Source of the DNA: Desulfobacterales bacterium
GTDB taxonomy: Bacteria > Desulfobacterota > Desulfobacteria > Desulfobacterales > UBA5616
DNA length: 64,000 nt
NCBI GenBank assembly: GCA_046483495.1
Contig: JAWODC010000018.1
Span: 1-64,000, forward strand
Reading direction: 5' to 3'
Shown here: positions 38,477 to 49,482 of the stretch, piece after piece
Layout: each line of letters opens with the position of its first letter
Numbering within the stretch: the first letter of the stretch is position 1
Program-made: the position numbers and the translations under genes
The notes under the pieces: model-generated
What the model was told of the DNA's origin: nothing
The model's input: only the letters and a program-made list of their open reading frames with translations
Databases searched by the model: none

Positions 38477-40679
38477 AAAAATCATGGCAATTGTATCCTT
38501 TTCTCTTTTCATCTGTTCTTTTTTAAACGTTACCCCCACGCTTTCGATCGCTTCCCCCGCGGAGTACAGTCCGGATAACGACAGGATTTTCTGGTATATA
38601 CATGTATCGGATACGCATATTGGAGCCCGGGGCAGTCAGGACAGCAACAACCTGAAATGGCTCGTTACCACAGCCAAAGATACCGTGAATCCGGAGTTCA
38701 TCGTGATGTCCGGTGATTTGACGGACTCAACCAACGGGAACTGGTTTGAATGGCCCAATGGGCCTTACCAGCAAGAATGGGATGAATATAAAAACCTTTT
38801 GTCAGGCCATGTAAATCAAACCGACTACTACGATATTCCCGGAAATCATGATGCCTATAACGACCGGTATTTTGAATATTATTTAAACAATTCGATTCAG
38901 GGGACGGCAACCGGTAAAACCCAAATATCCTGGAACAGAAACTTCGATTTTGGAACCTATTATTTTATCGGCATCAACACAGCCGGAAACGACGGCCGTT
39001 CATTCAGCTTGTCCTACCCTTGGGGAGACTATGCCGGTCTCGATGCTGATGAGCTTTCTTTCATCGAGCAGGAGCTGGAAAGTGCCGGAACGGCAGAGGC
39101 TGTTATCATCTACGGCCATCACGCCCTGAACGATCATGGGGTATATGGCGAAACCTATGTTTACTACGGCGCCCAGGATTTCATCAACCTTATGGATTGG
39201 TATGGTTCCTCGATGTATGGTTACGGCCATTCCCATGAGCTGCGTGAAGAGTTCTATTCAGAGGGGATGAACCCGGGATTTTTTTATTTCGATGTATCGT
39301 CTTTAGGAAAATCCAGCAACGATCACTTCAATATCACCGCCATTGACTGCAACGGCCTTTCAACCGTAACTCAGGCCGTCAACACCTGGCCGGTCGTGCT
39401 CATTACCGCACCATTGGACAGGTATCTTGGCGGCGTCGATAATCCCTATGTTTACGATGTGCCGAATTCGAGCAGCAATCCTATCAGGGCCCTGGTGTTC
39501 GATACGGCCGGCATAACGAAGGTCGAATACAGGATAGACGGTGCAGAAACCTGGCAGAAAATGACTCCGTCTACAGGCCCCAATCAAGGTTTCCTGTGGG
39601 AAGGCACGTGGGATGCCTCAAACCTGGCGGAAGGCGATCACACCATAGAGGTCATGGCTTCCGGGTCCAGCGAACGAAGCGACTCGATCACGGTCAAAGT
39701 GGCCGGTTCCGCTGATTGTACGGATGCAGACGGCGATGGATACTATGCAGAAGCGACCGGTTGCTGGCCTGTGGACTGTGATGATACAGACGCCGCCATC
39801 AACCCGGGGGCTGTTGAGGTGTGCGACGGCAAAGATAATGACTGTGACGGAGAGGTGGATGAAGGCGTTCAGAACATCTATTACCAGGATGCGGATGGGG
39901 ATGGATACGGAGATCCGATGAATAGTATCCAGGACTGCTCAGCCCCCTCAGGCTATGTCACAGACAACACTGACTGTGATGATACAGACGCCTCCGTCAA
40001 CCCGGGAGCCGCTGAGGTGTGTGATGACGGCATAGACAATGACTGTGACGGAGAAGTGGATGAAGGCTGTTCGGTTAACCAGGCGCCTTCATTTACCGCC
40101 GATACGATTGATGAAATAGATGCTACAGAAAATATCGATTACAACAGTACTCTTGCAGATGATGCCTCGGATCCTGAAGGCGATGCAATGACATTTAGCA
40201 AGGTATTCGGTCCAATGTGGCTGACCGTTGCTTCTGATGGCAAACTAAGTGGTACGCCTTCCAGCGGCGACGTCGGCAGCAATACATTTTCTGTTCGGGT
40301 CGAAGCGACCGGCGGCTATGACACAGCTGATCTGAACATCATGGTCAAGGCTGCTCAGGCAACGACGACGATGCATGTCGCCGATATCCAGGTTAATAAA
40401 GTGGATCTGGGTAAAGGAAAAGCAAAGGCTGAGGCGGTTGTGACGATTGTCGATAGTGCGGGACAGCCGGTCGGTAATGCGACAGTAACGGTGTCGTTTA
40501 CCGGCGCAATTGTCGAAACCCGATCCGGCGTTACCGATGGCGGTGGCCAGGTTACGATTCAGACACAAAATCAAACGAAACAACCGGCCAAAACAAGGGG
40601 TTGTGTGGATGGTGTAACGCATGCATCTTACACTTATCAACCGGAAGATAATGTAATCACATGCGACAACAGCTGGTAA
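38466..40679 (+). CDS. Exported calcineurin-like metallophosphoesterase with Ig-like domains and MopE-type Cys/Asp repeats
   Basis: SDTH, GDLTD, PGNHD, GHH, GHSH; DCDDTDA..NPGA.EVCD..DNDCDGEVDEG twice; He_PIG-like WLTV..DGKLSGTP. Confidence 0.85.
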   Translation: MASRKIMAIVSFSLFICSFLNVTPTLSIASPAEYSPDNDRIFWYIHVSDTHIGARGSQDSNNLKWLVTTAKDTVNPEFIVMSGDLTDSTNGNWFEWPNGPYQQEWDEYKNLLSGHVNQTDYYDIPGNHDAYNDRYFEYYLNNSIQGTATGKTQISWNRNFDFGTYYFIGINTAGNDGRSFSLSYPWGDYAGLDADELSFIEQELESAGTAEAVIIYGHHALNDHGVYGETYVYYGAQDFINLMDWYGSSMYGYGHSHELREEFYSEGMNPGFFYFDVSSLGKSSNDHFNITAIDCNGLSTVTQAVNTWPVVLITAPLDRYLGGVDNPYVYDVPNSSSNPIRALVFDTAGITKVEYRIDGAETWQKMTPSTGPNQGFLWEGTWDASNLAEGDHTIEVMASGSSERSDSITVKVAGSADCTDADGDGYYAEATGCWPVDCDDTDAAINPGAVEVCDGKDNDCDGEVDEGVQNIYYQDADGDGYGDPMNSIQDCSAPSGYVTDNTDCDDTDASVNPGAAEVCDDGIDNDCDGEVDEGCSVNQAPSFTADTIDEIDATENIDYNSTLADDASDPEGDAMTFSKVFGPMWLTVASDGKLSGTPSSGDVGSNTFSVRVEATGGYDTADLNIMVKAAQATTTMHVADIQVNKVDLGKGKAKAEAVVTIVDSAGQPVGNATVTVSFTGAIVETRSGVTDGGGQVTIQTQNQTKQPAKTRGCVDGVTHASYTYQPEDNVITCDNSW
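39774..40067 (+). repeat. Intragenic ~95-bp direct repeat (39774-39866 / 39972-40067)
   Basis: GACTGTGATGATACAGACGCC...GACTGTGACGGAGA.GTGGATGAAGGC occurs twice. Confidence 0.85.
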
Positions 40680-40749
40680 ATGTCCCCGACTCAAAGTAGG
40701 TGGAGGGGTATCGATCATTTTTTGGAATCGAATAATCAATGAACCTTGA

Positions 40750-40796
40750 AAATGGAAAAAGACCGCCGATCGGCTATCGGCGGTCTTTTTCCATTT
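40750..40796 (+). terminator. Intrinsic terminator-like hairpin (21-bp perfect stem), possibly bidirectional
   Basis: AAATGGAAAAAGACCGCCGAT-CGGCT-ATCGGCGGTCTTTTTCCATTT. Confidence 0.8.
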
Positions 40797-40891
40797 GAGC
40801 TTTTAACTTGAAGCCGGTTCGATCCCATGGATCAATAACAAGCAAGCAAAAGGCGAACAAAAACGGAAAGACTGCAGAAAGGAGGGATCCA

Positions 40892-42133
40892 ATGAAAAAA
40901 GCAAAATTGTCCGACATGGGAACCGGTGGAGAAATCCGTGAGCCGGTGAACCCGGCTGACGGGGTGTGGATGCTGCCCGGGTTCGGCAACACGGGGGTGG
41001 TGGAAACGCCGGCAGGCCTCGTGCTGGTGGACGTTCCGGGATACCGCTGGATCGACGGAATGCTTGGCATGCTCAGACGGATTTCACAGGCTCCGGTTCA
41101 TACGGTTTTTCTGACCCATGGGCACCTGGACCATGCATTGACCCTGGAACCGATTTTTCAGGAAGCGCAGGAAAATGGTTATCCCGGCCCCAGGGTAATC
41201 GCGCACCGGAACCTGGTCAAACGCTTCAACCGCTACCGCATGCTTGACGGATATCATGCGCACATCAACCGAATCCAGTTCGCCATACCGGAAGACAGGC
41301 CCGCTTTCCCGCTTCCCGGCCGCTATCCGGACACGACGTTCGATCAGAGCATAAGCCTCTCCGTGGGCGGTCTCGATTTTCATGCTTTCCATGAAATGGG
41401 TGAAACCGACGATGCCCTCTGGATCTGGGTTCCTGAAAGAAAAACCGTTTTAGCCGGCGATTTGGTCATTATGGGCATGCCCAATGTAGGCAACCCGTTC
41501 AAGGTGCAGCGGTTTGCGTTGGAATGGGCACTGGGTCTCGAGGCCATTGCAGCCAGGGAACCCGAAATTCTTATTCCCGGCCACAGTCCCTTAATCGAGG
41601 GCAAAGAAAAGATCCGGGAAAAGCTTTTGACCGTATCCAGGGCTCTCCGGTGCTTGCACGACGAGGTGGTGAAGCGCCTGAACGCCGGCATGTGGTATGA
41701 GGATATCCTTTATGACGTGGATCTTCCGGATGATCTGAAAGCATCGGAGCATCTTGCGCCGATTTATGGTTGTCCCCGATTCGTGGTCCACGGCATCCTG
41801 CGCCAATACACCGGGTGGTACAACGGCAATCCATCCGACCTGTTCCCCCCCAGGAGCATCGACATCAAACGGGAGATCGTTTCGCTTGCGGGAAAAGAAG
41901 AAATCATAAAGAAGGCATACGAACTCAAAAAAGAGGGAAAACCCGCCATGGCGCTGCAATTCGTGGACATGGCTCTCGCCGCGCCACCGAAAGCCGATGA
42001 AGAAAAGGCGCTTCACCGATTGAAGGGGGAGCTGCTCGGCATGATGGGCGACAACGAACCCAGCTATATCGCCCGGAATATCTTTTACAACGGGCATAAT
42101 GAAGAAATGAAACTTGCCGGAGTGAAGGATTGA
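40892..42133 (+). CDS. Alkyl/aryl sulfatase-like MBL-fold hydrolase with dimerisation domain
   Basis: THGHLDH, GETDD..W.WVPE, AGD, PGH, YTGWYNGNPSDL. Confidence 0.85.
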   Translation: MKKAKLSDMGTGGEIREPVNPADGVWMLPGFGNTGVVETPAGLVLVDVPGYRWIDGMLGMLRRISQAPVHTVFLTHGHLDHALTLEPIFQEAQENGYPGPRVIAHRNLVKRFNRYRMLDGYHAHINRIQFAIPEDRPAFPLPGRYPDTTFDQSISLSVGGLDFHAFHEMGETDDALWIWVPERKTVLAGDLVIMGMPNVGNPFKVQRFALEWALGLEAIAAREPEILIPGHSPLIEGKEKIREKLLTVSRALRCLHDEVVKRLNAGMWYEDILYDVDLPDDLKASEHLAPIYGCPRFVVHGILRQYTGWYNGNPSDLFPPRSIDIKREIVSLAGKEEIIKKAYELKKEGKPAMALQFVDMALAAPPKADEEKALHRLKGELLGMMGDNEPSYIARNIFYNGHNEEMKLAGVKD

Positions 42134-42139
42134 AGTTTA

Positions 42140-43612
42140 TCAGGATCTCCGATCGGCCCGGTTTGTCAGGTACTGCTGATAATCGGCCAGGTTTTTGGTG
42201 ACCCTGGCCGCCATTTCCACACTGGGAAAGGTCGCCATATTTTCGTCGTTGTATCGTTCTTGAGCCGTCTTGACGAATGCTTCACCGCCGAATGCATCTT
42301 CCTTTTCGAGAACGAGCATCAACGGCATTTTGAGAATTTCTCTTGCCTCCAATGTCATGTCGATTATCATGTTTACGGCCTTTCTCCCCCCGAATCGATG
42401 AAACAGACCCAATTGCTGTAAAAAAATCAAGGCATCGATATGCGGGTCGTCTCTCACCAATTCGACGATTTTAAGGAAAACATCATGCTCGAAAAACGCC
42501 CTCATGCCCACATCGAGTGGATTTTTTACACTGGTACCCTGGGGTGAAATCATTTTCTCCAATTCGGAAATGGTGCCTTGCGACAACTGGGGAACCAGCA
42601 GCCCTTCCGCCTCGGCAATATCCGTCATGGTGACGCTTCCTCCCCCGGCGCCGCCGATAATCGCTGCATTCCTCCCGGCCGGCTTTTGAAGCCTCTGAAG
42701 GGCCGATAACGTGAGGATGAGTTCGTCCAGCGATTTGACCGAAATAATACCGGTTTGTCTGCAAAAGGACTCCCAGACGTTCATGGATCCGGCAATGGCT
42801 GCCGTATGCGATTTGGCGGCCCGGGAACCGCCGTCGGTGCGCCCTCCTTTATAGATGACCAGGGGTTTTTTGACGGTTACATTTGCGGCAAGATTGAAAA
42901 AATTCCTTCCGTCTTTAAGGCCCTCCAGATAAGCCCCGATAACGCTGGTTTTGTCGTCATGGCAGAGATATTCCAGGAATTCACTTGCCGACAAATCGCT
43001 GGAATTGCCGAAGCTGACGACCTTGCTGAAACCGAGCCCCTTGGCCGAGGCTTTGAGAATGAAATTGCCGGCCATCTGGCCGCTTTGCGAAAAAAAAGCC
43101 GTCGATCCGGGAGCATAAGGGAAAAACGGTTGAAAGGCCAGGCCGCCCTCAGGGCAGTACATGCCCATACAGTTGGGGCCCACGACCCGAATTCCGGAAC
43201 TCCTGGCCAACTGCACCAGTTTTTGTTCGATCGCTGCATATTCTTCACGCTCGGATTCGCTGAAACCGGCCGTAAACAGATGCACAAATTTCACTTTTTT
43301 TTCAACACAGTCTTCCATCACCTGAAGAACGGCCGAAGCAGGAACGGTGAAGATGACCAAATCCACACTTCCCGGAATGTCCTTGACGCTTGCATAGGTT
43401 TTAAACCCTAATGTATCCTGAGCCTTTGGATGGACCGGATAAATTTTCCCCATAAAATTCTGATTGATGCTTCCTTTGATATAGTTGCGTCCCTGGTCCA
43501 TTGGAATCGTATTCACCGAGGGTGAAACCCCTACGACGGCAATGCTTTGGGGATAAAAGAGTCTGTGCAGTTCAGGATACGATCGGGTATTCATTATGCC
43601 GGTAATCTCCAT
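42140..43612 (-). CDS. Acyl-CoA synthetase (NDP-forming) alpha-like CoA-binding protein
   Basis: SIAVVG, TAGFSE, VGPNCMG, SQSG, YLEG, AAKSHTAAIAG (phospho-His). Confidence 0.88.
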   Translation of the reverse strand: MEITGIMNTRSYPELHRLFYPQSIAVVGVSPSVNTIPMDQGRNYIKGSINQNFMGKIYPVHPKAQDTLGFKTYASVKDIPGSVDLVIFTVPASAVLQVMEDCVEKKVKFVHLFTAGFSESEREEYAAIEQKLVQLARSSGIRVVGPNCMGMYCPEGGLAFQPFFPYAPGSTAFFSQSGQMAGNFILKASAKGLGFSKVVSFGNSSDLSASEFLEYLCHDDKTSVIGAYLEGLKDGRNFFNLAANVTVKKPLVIYKGGRTDGGSRAAKSHTAAIAGSMNVWESFCRQTGIISVKSLDELILTLSALQRLQKPAGRNAAIIGGAGGGSVTMTDIAEAEGLLVPQLSQGTISELEKMISPQGTSVKNPLDVGMRAFFEHDVFLKIVELVRDDPHIDALIFLQQLGLFHRFGGRKAVNMIIDMTLEAREILKMPLMLVLEKEDAFGGEAFVKTAQERYNDENMATFPSVEMAARVTKNLADYQQYLTNRADRRS

Positions 43613-43615
43613 ATC

Positions 43616-44011
43616 TTAGAATAAGATCAAATCGTTGAAATATTCCCTGTAAAATCCACGATCCCGGGTCAACAATCGGTCGGCGTGTTTCTTGGCGTGC
43701 GAACCGATAAGGAAGTCGGAAAGAATCCTTGACCGTTTTCCACCGGCATCCCGATATTTTTTCCAATTCATGCCTGCAAGAAAGGCCGTATCGAAGTCGA
43801 TCGGAACCAGGCGTATGCCAAGGGTCTCCAGTGTCGTGTCGAGGAGTTTCTTTTCCAAAAACTGCGGGGCCAGTTCCGCATACACAATCGGATTGATAAT
43901 CAGAGAACCTTCATCATATGCCTGCTCCAACATTTCCCTGGATGGGTTGCCCCATTTCGGGTCAGGCAAAAACACATCGAGCAGTATGTTGGTGTCCACA
44001 AACGTAATCAT
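43616..44011 (-). CDS. vapC: PIN-domain (VapC-like) toxin
   Basis: FVDTNILLD, VYAEL, DFLIGSHA, LLTRDRG. Confidence 0.9.
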   Translation of the reverse strand: MITFVDTNILLDVFLPDPKWGNPSREMLEQAYDEGSLIINPIVYAELAPQFLEKKLLDTTLETLGIRLVPIDFDTAFLAGMNWKKYRDAGGKRSRILSDFLIGSHAKKHADRLLTRDRGFYREYFNDLILF

Positions 44012-44223
44012 CGGCCTCTGATAGCCTCGATAAAGTCATCGGTGTTTTGCTGCCTGTTTAAAATGCCGAATACTTTCCGGACAGGGCTGGTTTTTTGAGA
44101 CCTCTTTTTTATCAAAACACCATCCTTATCAGGAATAAAGTCAAGCTCGATATTCGGAAGAAAGCCGTATCTTTCCCGAATACGTTTAGGAATGGTAATT
44201 TGCCCTCTTTCTCCGACTTTCAT
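44008..44223 (-). CDS. AbrB/MazE-family antitoxin
   Basis: MKVGERGQITIPKRIRERYG; ATGA overlap with vapC. Confidence 0.9.
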   Translation of the reverse strand: MKVGERGQITIPKRIRERYGFLPNIELDFIPDKDGVLIKKRSQKTSPVRKVFGILNRQQNTDDFIEAIRGR

Positions 44224-44312
44224 ACTTCTATCCTCATATTTACATATTTGAAATTACATATATACTGTCACATTTTCCCTGTCAAGCGGATATCAGCTTT
44301 CAAACAACGATG

Positions 44313-45065
44313 TTATTGTGAATGCCTCAATATGCGCGCCAGAAAAGTCCGGGTGCGCTCGTGCCGGGGGGCGTCGAAAATGCGACCGGCAGGGCCCTGT
44401 TCCACGATCCGACCTTCGTCGATGAAGATGACCCGATCCGCCACTTCACGGACAAATTCCATTTCATGGGAAACGATGATCATGGTCATCCCCTCGTCGG
44501 CAAGTTCCCGCATGACATCCAGCACCTCCCCGACCATCTCGGGGTCCAGGGCGGAAGTCGGCTCGTCAAAGAGCATGAGCCGCGGTTCCATAATCAACGC
44601 CCGGGCGATGGCCACCCGCTGCTGCTGCCCCCCGGATAGCCGGCCGGGATATTTATGCGCCTGATCGGCGATGCCCACCCGCTCCAGAAGTTTCAGCGCC
44701 CGCGATTCCGCCTCTCGGCGCGGCAGCCTTTTGACCTTTCGCGGCGCAAGAACGAGATTGTCGATCACACTGCGATGGGGGAACAGGTTGAAATGCTGAA
44801 ATACCATGCCCACTTCCCGCCGGATGGCATTCAAGGCCCGGCGGTTTTTACCGTGCGGTGTTTGCCGATGATCGCCGACGATGATCGTACCCGCCTGAAA
44901 ATCTTCCAATCCGTTAATGCACCGAAGGAGGGTGGATTTTCCGGACCCGCTGGCGCCGATGACCACCACGACTTCACCCCTATTAACGGTCAAATCTATC
45001 CGGTCGAGCGCCGGGCGGCGGCCGAACCGTTTTTCCACGTTGTCGATCCGCACGATTTCACTCAT
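44313..45065 (-). CDS. Polar amino acid ABC transporter ATP-binding protein (GlnQ-like)
   Basis: [34 protein letters not shown]. Confidence 0.95.
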   Translation of the reverse strand: MSEIVRIDNVEKRFGRRPALDRIDLTVNRGEVVVVIGASGSGKSTLLRCINGLEDFQAGTIIVGDHRQTPHGKNRRALNAIRREVGMVFQHFNLFPHRSVIDNLVLAPRKVKRLPRREAESRALKLLERVGIADQAHKYPGRLSGGQQQRVAIARALIMEPRLMLFDEPTSALDPEMVGEVLDVMRELADEGMTMIIVSHEMEFVREVADRVIFIDEGRIVEQGPAGRIFDAPRHERTRTFLARILRHSQ

Positions 45066-45736
45066 GAGCCGTCCGCCAGTCCTCTGCGTTCGATATACCG
45101 CAATATCATCGCCAAACTCAGGGTAATGGCCAGATAAAGCAAAGCGATCATCAAATAGACTTCAAAGGCGGTGAAGGTCGTGGCGATGTAGATTTGTCCC
45201 TGACGCACCAATTCCCCCACGCCGATTACGGAAAAAAGCGAGGTGTCCTTGATGCTCACAATGGCCTGGTTTCCAAGAGCCGGAATCATGCGCTTCAGGG
45301 ATTGAGGCCAAACGATATAATAAAAGGTCTGAACCTGCGACAGCCCCAGCGAAAGTCCCGCCTCGGTCTGCCCACGATCGATGGACGCCACGCCGCCGCG
45401 GACGATTTCTGAAATGTAAGCCCCGGAATTGAGGGCGATGGCCGCCACCCCGGCGGTAACCGGTTCGACAGGGCTGCCGAGCAGATCCGGCAGCCCGTAA
45501 TAAATGAAGAGCACCTGCACCAAAACGGGCGTACCGCGGAACACTTCAATGTAAAAAACCGCCGGCCCGCTCACCAGGCGGAATCGACTCAACCTGAGCA
45601 GCCCGAAAAAAAGACCGATACCAAATCCCAGCACCAATCCGCCGCCGGAAATGGCCAGCGTGTATGGGACCCCCTTCAGCAGAAAATGTAGCGAATCCAG
45701 CGCCGCCTGCCAATTGAATTCGAAGCCGCCGGCCAT
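45062..45736 (-). CDS. Polar amino acid ABC transporter permease (GlnP-like)
   Basis: [31 protein letters not shown]. Confidence 0.95.
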   Translation of the reverse strand: MAGGFEFNWQAALDSLHFLLKGVPYTLAISGGGLVLGFGIGLFFGLLRLSRFRLVSGPAVFYIEVFRGTPVLVQVLFIYYGLPDLLGSPVEPVTAGVAAIALNSGAYISEIVRGGVASIDRGQTEAGLSLGLSQVQTFYYIVWPQSLKRMIPALGNQAIVSIKDTSLFSVIGVGELVRQGQIYIATTFTAFEVYLMIALLYLAITLSLAMILRYIERRGLADGS

Positions 45737-45747
45737 TCACCAAAGTC

Positions 45748-46515
45748 CTATTCACCCGATGGGGGCTGTTTGCCGAACCATTTTCTGTAAATGTCCGCAT
45801 AGGTTCCATCGGCTTTCATGGCCGACAGGGCCCGATTGATCGGTTCACGCCAGGGACTGCCTTCCAGCAGGGCGATGCCGTATTGTTGTCCCTGGTAAAG
45901 CGGTCCAACGGTCTTGACACGGCCTTTGCCTTTGGTGTTGGCAAAATACGAGACATTGGGCGCATCATAAAAGACCGCATCCACGGCACCGGACAAAAGC
46001 GCCATATACATATCGGCACTCCCCGGATAGGGGACGATATGTGCCGACCCGTTCGGAAAGTGCTGCTGCAGAAAGTTATAGCTGGTGCTGCCGATTTTGG
46101 TTGCCACTGTTTTTCCGGCGAGATCTTCCAATTTCCCGATTTCAGATCCGATGGGGGTGAGGATGCGAAGACCCGAATCGTAATATGGATCGGAGAAGTC
46201 GACAATCCGGTCACGATCGGAAGTGATCGTGATTCCTGCAATCGCCAAATCCACGTTTCCCGTCTGCAGGGCCGGAATAATGCCATTGAAATCCATGGTG
46301 TGCAGATCGTACCGAAATCCCGCCCGCCCGGCCGTTTCAGCCAGAATGTCCATATCGAACCCCACCATTTTGCCGCTTTGGCGATCCATCATCTCGAAGG
46401 GGACGAATGACGGATCGGTCACCGCCCGAAGCACCGGCTGCTCTTGGGCTCCTTCCCCATTCGGCGCGATGAGGACCGCCGCCGGCAATATAAGAAACAT
46501 GATGATCCTTCGCAT
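45748..46515 (-). CDS. Polar amino acid ABC transporter substrate-binding protein (GlnH-like)
   Basis: DPSFVPFE, GFDMD, FNGIIPALQTGNVD, DFSDPYY; AGGAG RBS before ATG 46515. Confidence 0.92.
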   Translation of the reverse strand: MRRIIMFLILPAAVLIAPNGEGAQEQPVLRAVTDPSFVPFEMMDRQSGKMVGFDMDILAETAGRAGFRYDLHTMDFNGIIPALQTGNVDLAIAGITITSDRDRIVDFSDPYYDSGLRILTPIGSEIGKLEDLAGKTVATKIGSTSYNFLQQHFPNGSAHIVPYPGSADMYMALLSGAVDAVFYDAPNVSYFANTKGKGRVKTVGPLYQGQQYGIALLEGSPWREPINRALSAMKADGTYADIYRKWFGKQPPSGE

Positions 46516-46823
46516 TTTAATCTCCTGTTTCATGAATATGAACGTTGGCCGGCGCATTTCCGGACGGCCACAGGCAGGATAAAGCGGCTTTGTATTGTGT
46601 GTCAAGCCTGGAAAAACGAGAAAAGAATGCGTGCAGGCCGAAAATCCGGCTGCTGCAGGTGAAGGGAGTGCTTGGCATCACTTATAGCGATACGGCCAGG
46701 GACGCCGCCGTGATAAAATCCAGGGGCGACGTCCCGATTCATTTACGGCCTGATACGGCATGAAGAAATCAAGGTTTTTTACAGGCCTTCAGCTGTTTTT
46801 TTGTTTTTCCCGGAGTTCTCGGA

Positions 46824-47207
46824 TCACTGTTCATCCGCCGGACCCGATGCCTCCTGAACCGATTGCATCAATTGGTTGCTTTCTTCTTCGGATGTTTCGA
46901 CGATTGTATCGATGCTTTCTTTGCCCGATTCATTTATTTCTTCAGCTTCGGCCTTTACTCCTTCGGACATTTCAGTCGATTGATCGATGGTGGTCTCAAC
47001 GATACTCTGGTCGGAAGAAGATTGATTTTCAGGCATTTCTGCTTCAGGAACAGGCACCGATTCTTCGGCATCCGGAGCCTCTGTTTCCTCGATCATTTCG
47101 GATGAACTTTGCACCCCCTCATCGACAACAGGCTGTTCTTCCGTTTGACATGCCATGGGGAAAAGCATAAGCGTAATTGCCGCACACAAAATGACGAATC
47201 GTTTCAT
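46824..47207 (-). CDS. Acidic low-complexity lipoprotein
   Basis: AGGAGG RBS; lipobox-like PMAC; Glu/Ser-rich body. Confidence 0.7.
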   Translation of the reverse strand: MKRFVILCAAITLMLFPMACQTEEQPVVDEGVQSSSEMIEETEAPDAEESVPVPEAEMPENQSSSDQSIVETTIDQSTEMSEGVKAEAEEINESGKESIDTIVETSEEESNQLMQSVQEASGPADEQ

Positions 47208-47290
47208 AACAGCCCTCCTTTTTTAGGGTAATAACCTCTTCCAACCATTTGGAAAAGTAATCGAAAAAGTGATGGGTAGACAAAAACATC

Positions 47291-47436
47291 TACAAGCTAT
47301 CTCAAAATAATCTTTTGCCCCGATATCTTCGTTGGAACCGAATGTTACGTCCTCAACATACATGAGTATGCCTGCGGCTTAACATTCGGTTCCGCCTTGA
47401 TCTTGAACCAAAATATTTATTTTGAGATAGCTTGTA
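47291..47436. mobile_element. ~146-bp palindromic MITE-like element
   Basis: Perfect 20-bp IR TACAAGCTATCTCAAAATAA / TTATTTTGAGATAGCTTGTA and perfect 14-bp inner IR GGAACCGAATGTTA / TAACATTCGGTTCC. Confidence 0.8.
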
Positions 47437-47784
47437 CTCAACGGCGTTCAATCTGCCGTAGAGAAGATCGTCTGTTTTATTCTCATTCATTATTACAAGC
47501 AGTAATTAATGTCAACTGGGGGAAAAAATTACATTTTCAAAGGGGATTTTTCATACAATTACTATGCTCCTCAGGAGGTTGATAGGTGTTTCCTTTTTTT
47601 GTCATCAGTGATAGGGTCATGTGCATATTTTTACATGTTGACTTGCCTGAGGATGACGATTATACATTCTGCCCGTTTTGTCGGTTTTTGGTGTTCGAGC
47701 CCTCTTCCCAATGTGCCTCAAGATGAGGTTTTCGAGTGGATATATCAAATGTCGAGTCAGGCATGGAAAGGAGAATCAGCGTAA

Positions 47785-49332
47785 ATGGCCGTCGAACATG
47801 TACCGATTATCGTCGGCGTCGGGGAGGTCTGCGACCGGGTCCCCGAAGACCTTGCGAAGGCTCGGTCCCCGGTCGATTTGGCTGCTGAAGCGGTCGGCCG
47901 GGCGCTGACCGATACGGGAAAAAAGGGGCTGTTCACGAAGTGGATCGATGCCGTTGCGGCGGTTCGAACGTTTTCCGATTCCTCTCCGAATTATGAAAAC
48001 CCGTTCGAGCGCGTCAAAAACAGGCCGCGGGCCGTTGCTCGAAAGGTGGGCATCGACCCGGCTTATGCGCGATATGAAACATCCGGGGGACAGTCGCCCC
48101 AGAAACTGGTGAACGAATTCGGCGGCCGTCTGGCCAACGGAGAATTCAAGGCGGTGCTGCTCTTCGGCGGAGAGGCCATTGCCACGGTTAAGAGGGCGAT
48201 GCGCAACGGTGCGAAACTGCATTGGCATGATAATACGGATGGTCAGCTGGAGGATTCCGGGTGGATGGTTCCCGGGATTTTGACCATGCAGGAGGTGGAA
48301 AACGATTTTTTTCTGCCCGGCACCATCTACGCCCTGCTGGAGAATGCCAGAAGAAAAAGATTGGATAAGTCTCTGGAAGAATACGCCGTTTTGATGGGAG
48401 AATTGCTGGCGCCTTTTTCAAAAACGGCCTGCAGCCATCCGGCGGCTATGTTCTCCAGAACATGGGACGCCGAGTCCATCGCCCGGCAGGGTCGAGAAAA
48501 CCCTTACATTTTCTATCCCTACACCAGGGCAATGGTGGCCAAGGACGGTGTGAATCAGGCGGCGGCCCTGGTGTTGACGACGGTGGGAAATGCGCGCACG
48601 TGGGGAGTCGACGAATCGAAATGGATTTATTTAAACGGGAGCTGCGATTTGCGGGAACGCACCATTCTCGAGCGACCGGACCTTGGGTCCTCCCCCGCCA
48701 TGCACCTGGCATACCGTACGGCGCTGGAACGGGCGGGGGTATCGGCTGAGGATGTGAATGTATTCGATATCTACAGCTGCTTTCCGATTGCCGTATTCAA
48801 CGCCTGCGAGGCTCTTGGACTGGACATTGATGACCCTCGGGGCCTGACCGTCACCGGAGGCCTTCCGTTTTTCGGCGGGCCGGGGAACAACTATTCCATG
48901 CACGGGATCGTTTCGGTTGTGCGGCGCCTGCGCGATACGGCAAGCGGCATCGGATTGGTGGGCGCAAACGGCGGATATCTTTCAAAACATTCCGTGGGTG
49001 TGTATAGCCGCAGGCCCCTTAGAAACGGATGGATCGGGCGTGATGACGGCGCTCTTCAAAGAGGGCTGGACAAGGTCCCCGCACCGAAAATCGATACGGC
49101 GCCGGAGGGAAAGGCGATTATCGAAAGCTTCAGCGTGACCTATGAAGGGGGAAAGCCCGGCCGGGCACATGTAGTAGGCCGTTCATGCGATACCAATGCC
49201 CGTTTTCTGGCGGTGACGGATGCGTCCGATAAGGACATTCCATGGAAAATGGTCGAGGAGGATGTTCTCGACAGGACGATTTTCGTGACTTCAAAAGGCC
49301 GCGGCAATCGGTTTGCATTCCGGAATGGCTGA
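47785..49332 (+). CDS. Thiolase-like (acetyl-CoA acetyltransferase family) protein
   Basis: PIIVGVG, GGQSPQ, VNQAAAL, DIYSCFP, TVTGGLPFFGGPGNNYSMH, ANGGYLSKHS. Confidence 0.85.
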   Translation: MAVEHVPIIVGVGEVCDRVPEDLAKARSPVDLAAEAVGRALTDTGKKGLFTKWIDAVAAVRTFSDSSPNYENPFERVKNRPRAVARKVGIDPAYARYETSGGQSPQKLVNEFGGRLANGEFKAVLLFGGEAIATVKRAMRNGAKLHWHDNTDGQLEDSGWMVPGILTMQEVENDFFLPGTIYALLENARRKRLDKSLEEYAVLMGELLAPFSKTACSHPAAMFSRTWDAESIARQGRENPYIFYPYTRAMVAKDGVNQAAALVLTTVGNARTWGVDESKWIYLNGSCDLRERTILERPDLGSSPAMHLAYRTALERAGVSAEDVNVFDIYSCFPIAVFNACEALGLDIDDPRGLTVTGGLPFFGGPGNNYSMHGIVSVVRRLRDTASGIGLVGANGGYLSKHSVGVYSRRPLRNGWIGRDDGALQRGLDKVPAPKIDTAPEGKAIIESFSVTYEGGKPGRAHVVGRSCDTNARFLAVTDASDKDIPWKMVEEDVLDRTIFVTSKGRGNRFAFRNG

Positions 49333-49482
49333 TTCACTCGAATCCGGACAGCTTAAGCCTCAAAATTTCTATTGTTTGCATTTCCCCTTGGGCGAGAACC
49401 GGACCGAACTGACGCTTTTTAAGATATATCATATTTGAACTCGTAACATTATGTGAAGCCAAAAATAAAAAAGGAGCCGCAC

